64,000 bases of DNA, taken from assembly GCA_043228905.1 (NCBI GenBank), contig JBHGNT010000007.1:6696001-6760000 (forward strand), read 5' to 3'. Numbering within the stretch: position 1 is the stretch's first letter; each line of letters opens with the position of its first letter. Both the position numbers and the translations under genes were made by a program. The notes under the pieces are model-generated. The model saw nothing but the letters and a program-made list of their open reading frames with translations. It did not search any database and had not been told where the DNA came from. The DNA is from Azolla caroliniana. Its lineage: Eukaryota > Plantae > Polypodiophyta. Positions 63,370-64,000 of the stretch are shown piece by piece.

Positions 63370-64000
63370 TGTTGGGAGACAGGTCCCTCCGGATGGGAAG
63401 GAAGAAGAATAGTGCCGGTGTACAAACTCGGCCGAGGCCGAAACGGTATGAGGAGAACCCGGCTACGGAGAGCCGGATGGTGCAGGCCCGGTATGAACCA
63501 GATGAGGAGTACCCGGCTACGGAGAGCCGGATGGTGCAGGCCCGGTATGAACCGGATGAGGAGTACCCAGCTACGGAGAACCGGATGGTGCAGGCCCCGG
63601 TACGAACCGGAGGAAGAGACATATTCGTAAATATGTTTCTGAGAGCCCATCGAGGCTACATTTGTAAATAGCCGAAAAGTCATATTAGTATAAATATGAC
63701 TTAGGGCAAACTTTTAGTAACTATTGTAGTTGTTGTCATTTTTCTTGTTGGTGCAAGAAAAAGGAGAGAGTGCGTAACTGTACAGAGAGGGAGAGAGAGA
63801 GACGAGGTCGTTGCCTCTATTGTAACCGCCGCCTGTGGCGAAGACTTGTGAGCACGAGGTCGGTGCCTCAGTGAACGCACTGTTGTATATTCCTACATAG
63901 TGACAGTTTGCAGGCTGTGGGCTGCCGTGGTTTTTCCCCTAGTTTGGGGTTTTCCACGTAAACCTCCTCTGTAGTGTGTGTATATCTTCCTCTCCTTTGT
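63370..64000 (+). mobile_element. LTR of a further element (D) inserted in the RT of element C; continues beyond the window
   Basis: The RT frame breaks at LGDLHY|TGTTGGGAGAC. What follows has three 54-bp repeats, TATAAAT near 63689 and U5-like GTGGTTTTTCCCCT...GGGTTTTCCACGT. Confidence 0.8.
63447..63612. repeat. 3 x 54 bp tandem repeat in the U3 region of LTR D
   Basis: GAGGAGTACCCGGCTACGGAGAGCCGGATGGTGCAGGCCCGGTATGAACCGGAT is repeated three times with few changes. Confidence 0.92.

Overview
Eukaryotic, land-plant nuclear DNA with GT-AG introns, microsatellites and dense retrotransposons. The sequence style suggests a seed-free plant such as a fern, but that is inference. The centre (about 10.3-43.7 kb) holds five host genes whose coding sequences I reconstructed by hand, with splice phases that add up in the four spliced ones: a NOT4-like C4C4-RING protein (+), a cyanobacterial-type DprA/SLOG-like plastid protein (-), a GH3 beta-glucan exohydrolase (-), a 9-exon divergent heme-oxygenase-fold protein that lacks the canonical proximal His (+), and mitoribosomal mS38/COX24 (+). 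The left flank has a decayed Ty1/copia element and a decayed chromovirus. Decayed RTE-like and L1-like LINEs lie between and after the genes, and one LINE fragment has been amplified into a 4 x 306 bp array. The right 14 kb is a nest of five LTR insertions. It includes one intact, very young copia element (identical 287-bp LTRs, 5-bp TSD, 1337-aa ORF) and a 1043-bp solo LTR that carries a tRNA-like Pol III module. The most notable items are the atypical heme-oxygenase-like gene and the tRNA-containing LTR. All family assignments come from recalled motifs; no database search was run.
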